Below, one piece after another: positions 10,808 through 20,707 of a stretch of DNA of 50,528 bases (its first letter is position 1; every line of letters begins with the position of its first letter). This DNA is from Elusimicrobia bacterium LH_S2 (GTDB taxonomy: Bacteria; CG03; SLGR01; JAGXOG01), in assembly GCA_023660015.1 (NCBI GenBank), contig JAGXOG010000003.1, forward strand, positions 1 to 50,528. The letters are read 5' to 3'. The notes under the pieces are model-generated. The model saw nothing but the letters and a program-made list of their open reading frames with translations, was not told the origin of the DNA and searched no databases. The translations under genes and the position numbers were made by a program.

Positions 10808-11635
10808 CTACTGCCTGTTTTCTTTATCGCTGAAAAAAACAATAAGTTTCTTGAATGTTTCTCTTAAATTGTCCCTTTCTACCACCATATCCAGCATGCC
10901 ATGATCAAGTAAAAATTCAGCGCGTTGAAATCCCGGGGGTAGTTCTTCATTTATGGTCTGTTTTATAACCCGGGGACCGGCAAATGCTATTAATGCCCCG
11001 GGTTCGGAAATATTTACATCTCCGAGCATAGCATACGATGCGGATACTCCGCCGCTGGTAGGATCACACATGAGAGAAAAATAAGGGATACGTTCTTCGC
11101 TGAGTCTGGATATGGCCGCCGAAGTCTTCGCCATCTGCATAAGGGATACTATGCCTTCCTGCATTCTTGCTCCGCCGGAAGAAGAGACAAGGATTAACGG
11201 AACCCGGAATTTTATCGCCCGGTCGATTGCCCGGCAGATCTTTTCACCTACAACCGCCCCCATACTCCCCCCCATAAAAGAAAAATCAAGTATAGATATT
11301 ATTATTTTACTGTCCGCAATTGCAGCCTCCCCGGAGAGCACTGCCTCATTAAGATTTGTTTTATTCTTGTATTGGTCCAGGCGTTTGGTGTAGGAGATGC
11401 GGTCTTCAAACTTAAGCGGATCGGTGGCGGTTAAATTACTGTCATGCTCTTTAAATGTTCCTTTATCTATAAGTAAATCGAGCCTTCGGCGGGAATCCAG
11501 CCTGAAATAATAATTACACTTCGGGCATACCCATAGATTTTCTTCAAGTTCTTTGGAATAAATTGAATAATCGCATTTAGGACATTTTTTAAAGAGCCCT
11601 TGTGGGGCTTTTTTTTCTGACTTTATTTTTGCCAT
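10808..11635 (-). CDS. accD: Acetyl-CoA carboxylase carboxyltransferase beta subunit
   Basis: CPKC..CPKC zinc finger, FMGGSMG, SGGARMQEG and GFQRAEFL. Confidence 0.97.
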   Translation of the reverse strand: MAKIKSEKKAPQGLFKKCPKCDYSIYSKELEENLWVCPKCNYYFRLDSRRRLDLLIDKGTFKEHDSNLTATDPLKFEDRISYTKRLDQYKNKTNLNEAVLSGEAAIADSKIIISILDFSFMGGSMGAVVGEKICRAIDRAIKFRVPLILVSSSGGARMQEGIVSLMQMAKTSAAISRLSEERIPYFSLMCDPTSGGVSASYAMLGDVNISEPGALIAFAGPRVIKQTINEELPPGFQRAEFLLDHGMLDMVVERDNLRETFKKLIVFFSDKENRQ

Positions 11636-11651
11636 AAAACTTATAATACCC

Positions 11652-12251
11652 TTATATTAGGGATATCTCCCTTATATACTCTTTCATCTTGTCGTAATCA
11701 ATTCTGCGCGGCGATTTATCAATAATATTTCTTATGCTCCAAACATTCGGCAAAATTTTTTTACAGGTTTTTACAATTTCATCAAGTTCGAAATCACCGT
11801 TTATAATAATATTTTCATTATCATTAAAATCAATTTCTAAAACTTTCCGGAAATTTTCATCATTAAGATTATACTCTATAAAATCAACGCTGACCGGTAT
11901 TTCCCGGATGAGTTCCTCCCGGACAACGGAGCTTTCTAATATATATTTATATTGTCTTGGCACATCGTCTTTTTTAGAAATCATATTTATCATCTCCGGG
12001 TCATTGACAGAGAAATAATCAGGTTTAAGCTCTACTGCTCTTTTAAGCGATATGTCATTTTGGGCATTGCCTATTTCCAATATGGATTTAGTGTATGAGG
12101 GCAGCATATCCAGAATCTCGGCTGCGCGCTCCAGTGACACCTTCTTTACGCTATCTTTTATGAGAGATATAGAAATATATTCGACCCCCAACAGGGCAGC
12201 CCACTTTGCATCTTTTGTATTTGTTATTCCTGATATTTTTATATTCGGCAT
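11652..12251 (-). CDS. Divergent phosphoribosylanthranilate isomerase-like protein (second TrpF paralogue)
   Basis: N-terminal IKISGIT...DA and C-terminal SPRRIDYDKM resemble TrpF; catalytic Cys is Ser; QLHG, GGTG and LAGG motifs are absent. Confidence 0.6.
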   Translation of the reverse strand: MPNIKISGITNTKDAKWAALLGVEYISISLIKDSVKKVSLERAAEILDMLPSYTKSILEIGNAQNDISLKRAVELKPDYFSVNDPEMINMISKKDDVPRQYKYILESSVVREELIREIPVSVDFIEYNLNDENFRKVLEIDFNDNENIIINGDFELDEIVKTCKKILPNVWSIRNIIDKSPRRIDYDKMKEYIREISLI

Positions 12252-12255
12252 TTCT

Positions 12256-13053
12256 TTACTCTCGGATACTTTTACCTATATTTATAGCAAATTTATAAAT
12301 ATCATTAAAGGTTTGTTCTATATTATTTTCACTTATTAAATCAATAACCGCCGAACCTATAATTTCCCCGTCAGCGATATCGGCAATATATTGTGCATCT
12401 TTGCCGGTAGTTATTCCGAAACCACAGTAGACCGGTTTAGCACTTAAATTTCTAACTTTACGGATACTTTCTAATGTTTTTTTATCAAACTTTTTTCCGT
12501 TGCCCGTCACTCCATAGGAACTGACATAATATAAAAAAGGCGAACTCTCTTTTCCAATTTCCCGTACTCTTTTGTCCGGAGTACCCGGAGAAATAAGCAA
12601 AATCAGCTCCATTCCCACTCTCTTTAATATCTCGAGAGCTTTCTCATGCTCTCCGTAAGGCATATCGGGTATTATAGCCGCACTGAATCCCGCGTCGGCG
12701 GCGGTCAACAAAGTTTTTTCAAGTTCGTCGGCGAGTAATATATTTAAATAGCTCATGAGCACAAGGGGAATATCTATTTTATTTTTTAAACTTTTTACTG
12801 CCATTAATATATTATTGTATGTTGTGCCCGCAGAAATAGCTTTCTGGGAAGATTCCTGAATTACCGGCCCGTCGGCTACCGGATCGGAAAAAGGTATTCC
12901 TACTTCAATAAAATCCGCCAGATTATTTTTATCTATATATTTGACGAGTTTAGTAAACGATTCCATGTCCGGGTATCCCCCGGTAAGAAAAAAACTAAGC
13001 CCGGTTTTGTCTTCCCTGTATAACCGCTCCACTTTATCTTTTAATTTACTCAT
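12256..13053 (-). CDS. trpA: Tryptophan synthase alpha chain
   Basis: EVGIPFSDPVADGPVIQ, GVTG and GFGI. Confidence 0.96.
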   Translation of the reverse strand: MSKLKDKVERLYREDKTGLSFFLTGGYPDMESFTKLVKYIDKNNLADFIEVGIPFSDPVADGPVIQESSQKAISAGTTYNNILMAVKSLKNKIDIPLVLMSYLNILLADELEKTLLTAADAGFSAAIIPDMPYGEHEKALEILKRVGMELILLISPGTPDKRVREIGKESSPFLYYVSSYGVTGNGKKFDKKTLESIRKVRNLSAKPVYCGFGITTGKDAQYIADIADGEIIGSAVIDLISENNIEQTFNDIYKFAINIGKSIRE

Positions 13054-14191
13054 ACTCTCTCTTAATTTCTTCCATTGAAAAGATCTCGTCTATATCTTTA
13101 TCTCCCCTTCCTGAAAGATTAATTACCACTTTTTGCCCCCCGTTCCATTTTTCTTTCATCACCCATGCAACCGCATGCGAGGATTCCAGCGCCGGTATTA
13201 TACCCTCGTTTTTTGAAAGCCATCTGAAAGCTTTTAACGCCTCGCTGTCATTGATGTTTACATATTCGGCGCGAGATCTTTCTTTATAAAAAGAATGCTC
13301 CGGCCCCACACCACTGTAGTCAAGCCCCGGCGCGATAGAGTGTGTCTTTTTTATCTGTCCGTTTTTATCATATAAAAGATAACTTTTAGCCCCGTGAAGC
13401 ACCCCGACCTTCCCTTTAGAAAGGGAGGCACAGCCTTCTGCTTCCACCCCTACAAACCGTATATTTTTATCTTTAAAAAAAGGAGTAAATATACCTATTG
13501 AATTAGAACCTCCTCCTACACAGGCAACTATGACATCCGGTCTGTCGGGAATCTGTTCTTTTACCTCTTTTCCTATAACCGAATGAAAATCCCTGACTAT
13601 TGCCGGATAAGGATGAGGCCCCACGCAGGACCCTAAAAGGTAGTAAATGTTTTCAGGGTCCTGAACCCATCTGCGCAAAGTGGCATTAACTGCTGCATTC
13701 AAGGTCTTATCCCCTTCCTGAACTTCAACAATATCGGCCCCCAGCAGTTTCATGCGGACAACGTTATTATGCTGTCTCTTAATATCCTTTGTTCCCATAT
13801 ATATAGTGCATTTCAATCCAAAAAGAGCGGCTGCCGCAGCTGTAGCCACTCCGTGCTGGCCGGCTCCGGTTTCGGCAATTATATTTCTCTTACCGGTTTC
13901 GACGGCCAGCAGGCCCTGCCCGAGCGCGTTATTTATTTTATGGGCTCCGGTATGGCAAAGATCCTCCCTTTTTAAATATACGCTGCATCCGCAATATTCC
14001 GATAATGCCCCTGATAGGTATAAAGGTGTGGGCCTGCCGGCGTAATTTTTAAGTATATCCGATAGTTTAGATTGGAAGTTTTTGTCTTTTTTGCAACTTT
14101 TGTAATTTCTGTCCAACTCGTTTAACGGTTCTATGAGCGATTCCGGGACATACCTTCCCCCAAAACCGCCGTAATAATATTTTTCATCCAT
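13046..14191 (-). CDS. trpB: Tryptophan synthase beta chain
   Basis: REDLCHTGAHKINN, AETGAGQHGVA, GGGSN and NLSGRGDKD. Confidence 0.98.
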   Translation of the reverse strand: MDEKYYYGGFGGRYVPESLIEPLNELDRNYKSCKKDKNFQSKLSDILKNYAGRPTPLYLSGALSEYCGCSVYLKREDLCHTGAHKINNALGQGLLAVETGKRNIIAETGAGQHGVATAAAAALFGLKCTIYMGTKDIKRQHNNVVRMKLLGADIVEVQEGDKTLNAAVNATLRRWVQDPENIYYLLGSCVGPHPYPAIVRDFHSVIGKEVKEQIPDRPDVIVACVGGGSNSIGIFTPFFKDKNIRFVGVEAEGCASLSKGKVGVLHGAKSYLLYDKNGQIKKTHSIAPGLDYSGVGPEHSFYKERSRAEYVNINDSEALKAFRWLSKNEGIIPALESSHAVAWVMKEKWNGGQKVVINLSGRGDKDIDEIFSMEEIKREYE

Positions 14192-14810
14192 ATTTTTTTA
14201 CCTTTTTTACTATATTAAAAACTTTCTTCTTGCCTTTTTTACCCGGTTCTTTTTCAGTCCCTGTTGCCACGTCCACTCCATAAACGCCGTATTTAAGCAG
14301 TTCTGTTATATTTTCAGGTGTTACGCCGCCGGCCACAAAAAGTTTCTCTCTTACTTTCTTATCAATATTTTTCAACTTATTCCAGTTAAAATTGTTTCCG
14401 GTTCCTCCGTAATCAGGTGATTTTACGTCACAAATCAGATAATCGGCATATCTCAGTAAATTTTTATAAGTTGCGGCGCTGTTTATATCAACTTTTTTAA
14501 TAATCCTTACAGAAGAGAACCTCTCCTTTATAGATTTTATTGTCCTCCAATCTTTATCACCGTGAAGCTGTATATAGGCGGGCCTGTATTTATCAATGAT
14601 ACCGTATAATATTTCCGGAGGTTCATTTACGCTTACTATTGCCGCCTTTTTTCTTGTCTTTTCGTCTTTTAAAAAATTTGCCAGTTTCTCAGGTCCTATA
14701 TACCTCTTTGACCCAGGATAAATATTAAATCCCACCAGGTCCGCCCCCGCCGCCATAACTAAATTTAAATCTACTTTTCTTGTGATACCGCAAATTTTAA
14801 TTAACGTCAT
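14184..14810 (-). CDS. trpF: Phosphoribosylanthranilate isomerase
   Basis: KICGIT, QLHG, GGTG..FNW and AGG. Confidence 0.93.
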   Translation of the reverse strand: MTLIKICGITRKVDLNLVMAAGADLVGFNIYPGSKRYIGPEKLANFLKDEKTRKKAAIVSVNEPPEILYGIIDKYRPAYIQLHGDKDWRTIKSIKERFSSVRIIKKVDINSAATYKNLLRYADYLICDVKSPDYGGTGNNFNWNKLKNIDKKVREKLFVAGGVTPENITELLKYGVYGVDVATGTEKEPGKKGKKKVFNIVKKVKKYG

Positions 14811-15598
14811 ATACTTTTAAGCTCCTTTATTTTGCCGGCCGGATAACGACTTGAAGCTATACTCTCTCCTATAAGAAGAGCGTCATATCCGGCCTCTTTA
14901 AGTTCCTGAACCCGGCGGTTGCTCTTAATTCCGCTTTCGGCTACTTTTACAATACCGGCCGGGATTTTTTTTGCAAGTTTGAAGTGAAATTCGGGCTTAA
15001 TTTCAAAAGTATTTAAATCTCTTACATTAACCCCGATTATATCAGGTCTGTTAAGATTAAGGGCAGTTTCCAATTCGCGCAAAGAATGAACTTCGACAAG
15101 GATATTAAGTCCGAGGCGTTTTGCCCGGTCGTAAAGTTTAATGTAGTCCCGATTGCTTAAGATAGCCTTAATAAGCAAAATTGCGTCAGCCGAATGTATA
15201 TAGCCGTTATAAATCTGACGCTCGGAAATCACAAAATCCTTCATAAGCACCGGACCTTTATATACCGATTTAACTTTTTTAAGATCAGCCGGATGCCCCA
15301 AAAAATATTTTTCTTCACAAAGAACGCTGACTGCGTCGGCACCGGCCTCGGCGTAAATCCGTCCCAACTCTTTTATTGGTTTTTCCGTTATCATCCCCTG
15401 TGACGGTGAGGCTTTTTTAATTTCAGCTATTATATTTATTCCTCCTTCCGGATTTTCTTTTAACAGCACTTTCTTAAAAGAACGGCGGCTTATATTTATA
15501 TTTGCCGCTTCTTTTTTTAATTCTTCAAGAGTTTTTTCCGGACTCCGAGAAGATTTCTGCTTGAGCCGGACTATCTTTTCTAAAAAATTATTTATCAT
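14807..15598 (-). CDS. trpC: Indole-3-glycerol phosphate synthase
   Basis: IAEIKKASPS, KDF, LVEVH, GVNVRDL and VAESGI. Start placed at the second Met of the ORF. Confidence 0.95.
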   Translation of the reverse strand: MINNFLEKIVRLKQKSSRSPEKTLEELKKEAANINISRRSFKKVLLKENPEGGINIIAEIKKASPSQGMITEKPIKELGRIYAEAGADAVSVLCEEKYFLGHPADLKKVKSVYKGPVLMKDFVISERQIYNGYIHSADAILLIKAILSNRDYIKLYDRAKRLGLNILVEVHSLRELETALNLNRPDIIGVNVRDLNTFEIKPEFHFKLAKKIPAGIVKVAESGIKSNRRVQELKEAGYDALLIGESIASSRYPAGKIKELKSI

Positions 15599-16232
15599 AA
15601 ACACTTCCTTTACGCACAATATTAAGAAAATTATTGACTATCTTTAAACCTTCATCGGTAAGTATGGATTCAGGATGAAACTGCACTCCGTAAAAGGGCC
15701 TCTTTCTGTGTTCAATGGCCATTATCTCTTTGCGACCGGTAAGAGCTGTAACTTTTAATTCTGGGGGGAGGTGTCCCCCCTCAACTATAAGAGAATGATA
15801 ACGAGTTGCTTCAAAGGGATTCTCCACGCCTTTAAATAATCTGCTTTTATTATAGTGAATGGTTGAAGTCTTGCCGTGTAAAATTCGGCGGGCTTTTATT
15901 ACCTTGCCGCCGAAGGCAGAAGCAAGACAGTGATGCCCCAGACATACCCCGAAAAGCGCAACCTTTAAAGGCATATTTTTTATTAACTCTACTGATATGC
16001 CGGCCTCTTCAGGACGGCCGGGGCCCGGGGATATAACTATCCCGTCGGGGCGAGTTTTTAAAACTTCTGTTACGCTTATTTTATCATTTCTAAATACTTC
16101 CAAATTTATAGCAGCATCCCTGTCTATATAATCACATAAATTGTAAACAAACGAATCGTAATTATCTATTACTGTGATATTTATCTTAACTTTTGGTATA
16201 TTCAATGAATTCTTTAAGTTTTTGCTTTGCAA
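15588..16232 (-). CDS. trpG: Anthranilate synthase component II (glutamine amidotransferase)
   Basis: IDNYDSF, SPGPG, GVCLG, RYHSL and QFHPES. Exact start uncertain. Confidence 0.95.
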   Translation of the reverse strand: MQSKNLKNSLNIPKVKINITVIDNYDSFVYNLCDYIDRDAAINLEVFRNDKISVTEVLKTRPDGIVISPGPGRPEEAGISVELIKNMPLKVALFGVCLGHHCLASAFGGKVIKARRILHGKTSTIHYNKSRLFKGVENPFEATRYHSLIVEGGHLPPELKVTALTGRKEIMAIEHRKRPFYGVQFHPESILTDEGLKIVNNFLNIVRKGSVYDK

Positions 16233-17196
16233 CGCCGGAATCCAGGGCCTCGCGTGCCATACTAACTCCTTCTTTTATGCCGGGTGCCGCTTGCGATATC
16301 ATAAAAGCTGTCGCAGAATTTGCAAGCACGTAATCCCGGACAGGCCCCTTTTTGCCTCTTAATAAACTTTTCATAATCTGGGCGTTAACTTCCATCCCGC
16401 CGCCTTTTATTAAACTGACTCTACTTGTCTCCAATCCAAAATCTTTTGGGAATATCTCATGTACCCTTACAGGTGCGCCGGAATTTACTTCGGCAACTTT
16501 TGTCGGACCGGCCAGGCTTACTTCATCAACGCCTCCGGCGCCATGAACAACTATAGCCCTTTTAACACCGAGTTTTTTAAGGACACCCGCTACCGGCTCC
16601 ACAAGTTCAGGACTATAAACTCCCAGCTGCTGATAATCTGCTGTTGCCGGATTGGTAAGAGGACCGAGTATATTAAATATGGTCTTAATCCCAATCTCTT
16701 TACGCACAGGTGCAGCAAATTTCATGGCTTTATGATAGTGGGGGGCATAAAGAAAACCTATACCTGTTGACTTTATTTGTTCGGCAACTTTTTCCGGGCT
16801 CAAGTCAAGATTCGCCCCAAGTTTTTCAAGAACATCCGCAGAGCCACATTTACCGGAGGATGCCCGGTTGCCGTGTTTTGCAACCTTAACCCCCATACCG
16901 GCAAGCACAAAAGATACGGCAGTTGATATATTAAAATGATTAAGCCCGGTTCCGCCCGTAGAACAGGTATCTACAAGGCCCCGGCCGGCATTTATCTTCA
17001 CCGCTTTTTCCCTCATTACCAGCGCAGCCTGAGTTATTTCATCCGTAGTCTCTTTTTTCATTTTTAAAAGAACTAAGAACGCTGCAATCATGGCCGGGGT
17101 ACTTTTGCCTTCCATTATTTCGCGCATACTTCCTGCCATCTCGTCTTTTTCCAGGTTATTTCCTCTACTGAGTTTTTTAATAGCTTCTACAATCAT
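16186..17196 (-). CDS. trpD: Anthranilate phosphoribosyltransferase
   Basis: DTCSTGG, FNIST, KHGNRA, GSADVLE and FNILGPLTNP. Confidence 0.96.
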   Translation of the reverse strand: MIVEAIKKLSRGNNLEKDEMAGSMREIMEGKSTPAMIAAFLVLLKMKKETTDEITQAALVMREKAVKINAGRGLVDTCSTGGTGLNHFNISTAVSFVLAGMGVKVAKHGNRASSGKCGSADVLEKLGANLDLSPEKVAEQIKSTGIGFLYAPHYHKAMKFAAPVRKEIGIKTIFNILGPLTNPATADYQQLGVYSPELVEPVAGVLKKLGVKRAIVVHGAGGVDEVSLAGPTKVAEVNSGAPVRVHEIFPKDFGLETSRVSLIKGGGMEVNAQIMKSLLRGKKGPVRDYVLANSATAFMISQAAPGIKEGVSMAREALDSGVAKQKLKEFIEYTKS

Positions 17197-18656
17197 CTTA
17201 CTTCCTCCTCTTTTAATTTATTGCCCAGGGTAACAGCTTCAAAAAGTGCTTTTGCCTTATTTATAGTTTCCTTGTACTCTTTTTCCGGCACAGAATCGGC
17301 GACTATGCCCGCACCGGCCTGTATAATTGCTTTTTTTCCCTTTATCAACATCGTTCTTATAATAATTGCGGTATCCATATCACCGTCAAAAGAGAGATAC
17401 CCCACGGCACCCGCATACGGTCCCCTACCTGCCGGTTCAATCCGGTCTATTATCTTAATCGCTCTAAGCTTAGGAGCTCCCGATACCGTTCCTGCCGGAA
17501 ATGCGGCCTTAAAAAGATCCATGTTTCTTTTGGCTTTTTTCATCCGGCCACCTACATCCGTAACCATATGCATAACATGAGAGAATTTCTCTACCGACAT
17601 CAAATTCAAGGCCTTTACTGTTCCGGGGACGCATACCCTGGAAAGGTCATTTCGGGCTAAATCTACAAGCATAGTATGTTCGGCCTGCTCTTTTTTATCC
17701 GATTTTAAATCTCGGCTGAGCCTTTTTTCTTCAAGCCTGTCTTTATAAAGTGAACGGCGCCGTGTACCGGCAATCGGCCTGACTACTGCATTACGCCCGG
17801 TTACTTTAGCCATGACTTCAGGAGAGGAGCCGCAAAGCTTTATATCCGCCATCTTCAGATAAAACATATACGGGGAAGGGTTTATCATCCTGAGAGCACG
17901 GTAATAATTAAATGGTTCGGCTGAAACCGGGACGGTAAATCGCTGCGACAATACCCCCTGTATTATATCGCCGTCCTTTATATACTCTTTTGTTTTTTTA
18001 ACGCTCTTTATAAATTCCGCTTTTGTAAAGTTTGAAGTATATTTTACCTTTTCGCCGGTTTCCTCGGGGACAAAACAGACAGGCATTTTAGAACTGTTAA
18101 GTTTTTTTATTATCTCATCTATACGGTTTATTGGCTTGCGGCAGCTATCTTTCTCATCAATAAGCTTAATAATCTGGGCGATGTTATACAGATGATCAAA
18201 TACAATAAACTCATCGATAAACATAAATAGGGCAGAGGGAACATTTTCTAATGAGACCTTTGTAAAATCTATATCCTCCCAGCTTCCTATCATCTCATAC
18301 CCCGCATAGCCTACCAGACCCCCGCTGAACCCGGCTAACTTTCTATTCCCTTTTATACGGTAACTGCTGCTTACTTTATCTATGATATCCAAAGGAGCTT
18401 TTGTCTTAACTGTTTTAGTTATTTTATAGCCCCGTTTCACTCGTGAATATATGCTCACCTTATTATCATTGATTTCATAGACTTTCCGGGGAGAAAATCC
18501 CAAAATTGAGTACCGTCCGGTACGCCCTTTCTGAGCGCTTTCCAAAAGAAAGCTGTACCTGTCGTTCTTAAAAAGGCTGTATGCCAATACTGGAGTTATA
18601 AAATCCGTAGATATTTTCTTACTTACAGGTTCTAAATATAAAATTTTATCTTTCAT
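17193..18656 (-). CDS. trpE: Anthranilate synthase component I
   Basis: LLES, NPSPYM, PIAGTR, AEHTMLVDLARND and FPAGTVSGAPK. Confidence 0.97.
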   Translation of the reverse strand: MKDKILYLEPVSKKISTDFITPVLAYSLFKNDRYSFLLESAQKGRTGRYSILGFSPRKVYEINDNKVSIYSRVKRGYKITKTVKTKAPLDIIDKVSSSYRIKGNRKLAGFSGGLVGYAGYEMIGSWEDIDFTKVSLENVPSALFMFIDEFIVFDHLYNIAQIIKLIDEKDSCRKPINRIDEIIKKLNSSKMPVCFVPEETGEKVKYTSNFTKAEFIKSVKKTKEYIKDGDIIQGVLSQRFTVPVSAEPFNYYRALRMINPSPYMFYLKMADIKLCGSSPEVMAKVTGRNAVVRPIAGTRRRSLYKDRLEEKRLSRDLKSDKKEQAEHTMLVDLARNDLSRVCVPGTVKALNLMSVEKFSHVMHMVTDVGGRMKKAKRNMDLFKAAFPAGTVSGAPKLRAIKIIDRIEPAGRGPYAGAVGYLSFDGDMDTAIIIRTMLIKGKKAIIQAGAGIVADSVPEKEYKETINKAKALFEAVTLGNKLKEEEVR

Positions 18657-19125
18657 TTAATCCTTTCTCATACAATAAAAAAGAGCATCTTATAAATACC
18701 TAAGTTGAGCGATTCTTAGTTAAAAAAATACTTCCAAAAGGTATAATATTATTGGTAAAAAAATCATAGATGATCTTTTTCAATATTAACCCAAACGATA
18801 TTATTAAAATGATAAGAAATTCTTCCGAAAAAAGCAAAATCAAATCGATAAAATCAGCACAACAACAGATTATCTTACGCCAAGAGGCGGCCTGGCTTTT
18901 GTGAATCGTTACATTGAATCAATCAATACCTATTTACTGTTAAAACGTTACTTTGGTTCAATGCGATTGAGCCGTAAGGGGCTCCCCATAAAGGGACTGT
19001 TTAAACAGCCTTTCTCTTTTTTCATAGACGAAACAAGTTTTTATTTAACAAAATTTGATGAGTTGTCCAAAAACATAAGGTATGCTTCAACAATTGAGAC
19101 TCCTCAAAGTAAGATGGCTTTATCA

Positions 19126-19349
19126 AAACAAGTGTGCTCAACCTGAGGAACAACCATTTAGGTTATTCCTCCTGGACGGTTTCGCAAGTGTGCTCCGCTA
19201 AAAAACAGTCATTTAGACTGTTTTTCTTAACACCTTCTAAAACAAGTGTGCTCCGCTAAAAAACAGTCATTTAGACTGTTTTTCTTAACACTTCTAAAAC
19301 AAGTGTGCTCCGCTAAAAAACAGTCATTTAGACTGTTTTTCTTAACGCT
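19126..19349. repeat. Tandem array of four ~57-bp hairpin units inserted in the transposase gene
   Basis: Leader CAAGTGTGCTC at 19129, 19185, 19243 and 19300. Units 2-4 carry AAAAACAGTC-ATTTA-GACTGTTTTT; unit 1 carries GAGGAACAACC-ATTTA-GGTTATTCCTC. Confidence 0.92.
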
Positions 19350-20564
19350 TCACATCAAATAAAACGGTTCTTCCGAGCATTTTCTTTTTTAAGAAATTAT
19401 CTTTTTGCCAACTCTTACAGGTATTATTCCTATGTTATTTGAATGTCACGAGTCCTACAGTGATAATGCTTAATAATGGCAAATGATGATGCATTAAAAC
19501 GTAAAAGAGTGGATCCAACTCACAAAAAGAAAAAAAGATTCCAGCCTTTGCTGCTGAAATGGGGGCCATTTGTAGTAGACACAGTATTTCGCAGAGGATC
19601 CAAGTATAGTAATTACGGCGATACTGTGATAAAAATGCTTGAGCATATTGTGAGTTTAATCCGTAAGAAACACAGCGTGGATGTTCCGATAATATTAAAG
19701 CAAGACAGCGGGTTTTATGACCAGAAAAATTTTAAGACATTTGAAAAATTGGGAATAGGTTATATCTGTGGTGGTAAAATATATGCTACTATACATGAAT
19801 ATGTGGGAAATTGCCCCGTGGGACAGGGAACGCATATTGAGGAAAAGAATCAGGAATGAGAAATATTGGAGTTCAGTGATTATCGTAAAAGTTGGAATAA
19901 ATTTCATTGAGTATTCTATATCCGGTCATTATATGAGGATAATCAAAGAGTTTCGGAGTTTGACCGGCCAAAAAGGGTATTCTATCCGAATATAGGGCTA
20001 GGAGGAAAGATTGATATATTACTGAAGAACGCCAGAGAGGAAAATTATATTGAAGCAGAAAATATAGTTGGAAAAGCTCATCTGAGAAGATCAGATGAAC
20101 TGGCTCACCGGGGAATAAAAGACTTCGGAACTAAGCAGCTTCCATTCAAGAGGTTTGAATCCAATACCGCTTTCTTTTGCATAATGCTTGGGGTGTTTAA
20201 TCTGTTTGAAGCATTTAAGGAAGATGTCTCCAAGGATGTAATACCGAAAGTAGGCTATGCTACGATATTTCGCAGAAAGATTATTGATATAGCGGCTAAA
20301 ATTGCTCATACAGGCAATAAGATAATATTCAAAATAACGGAAGATACCCAGAAAACTTTAAATTTAACAATGCTTTGGGATTTATGTAATAAACCGCTTG
20401 TGCCTGCAATTCTTTAGTTGCTGTTAATAACATTATTTTTCAAGTAAACTTCTGGAACAGGTCTATCTATATCTGTGAATTTCTACCCGTTGCAATTCAA
20501 AAATCGCTTTTTGCCTGTTGAAAACTCTTCAATTTTAGGGAAACACAATATTATGCACCCTTAT

Positions 20565-20593
20565 TTGTTTCGAGGGGTATACATTGCTATAAT
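20565..20593 (+). promoter_or_regulatory. Outward-facing promoter inside the IS right end
   Basis: TTGTTT (20565-20570), 17 nt, TATAAT (20588-20593) with an extended TG. Confidence 0.5.
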
Positions 20594-20707
20594 ACTGTTG
20601 TTGGAATCAATGAATCGCTCAACTTAGGTCCTAAGCTTTTTCTTACCAAAAAACAAAAATCTCACATTTACTCTCGACACTAACAAAAAAATAAAAACGC
20701 CACAAAA

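Larger units (their letters stand above)
18699..20628 (+). mobile_element. Degenerate IS1380-family insertion sequence
   Basis: Perfect 17-bp terminal inverted repeats CCTAAGTTGAGCGATTC (18699-18715 and 20612-20628). Transposase fragments in several frames (NDDA.KR..V.PT.KKK..FQPL, DSGFYDQK, LPFKRF..N). No target duplication seen. Confidence 0.85.

Noticed and set aside
18657-18800. trp leader peptide/attenuator or an IS promoter driving trpE
   Set aside because: No Trp-codon leader, terminator or well-spaced -35/-10 pair was found on the minus strand.
19126-19349. CRISPR array
   Set aside because: Units 2-4 are essentially identical with no unique spacers, and no cas genes are in the window.
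19129-19349. Group II intron remnants (GTGTG start)
   Set aside because: Units are only ~57 bp, with no domain V and no reverse transcriptase.
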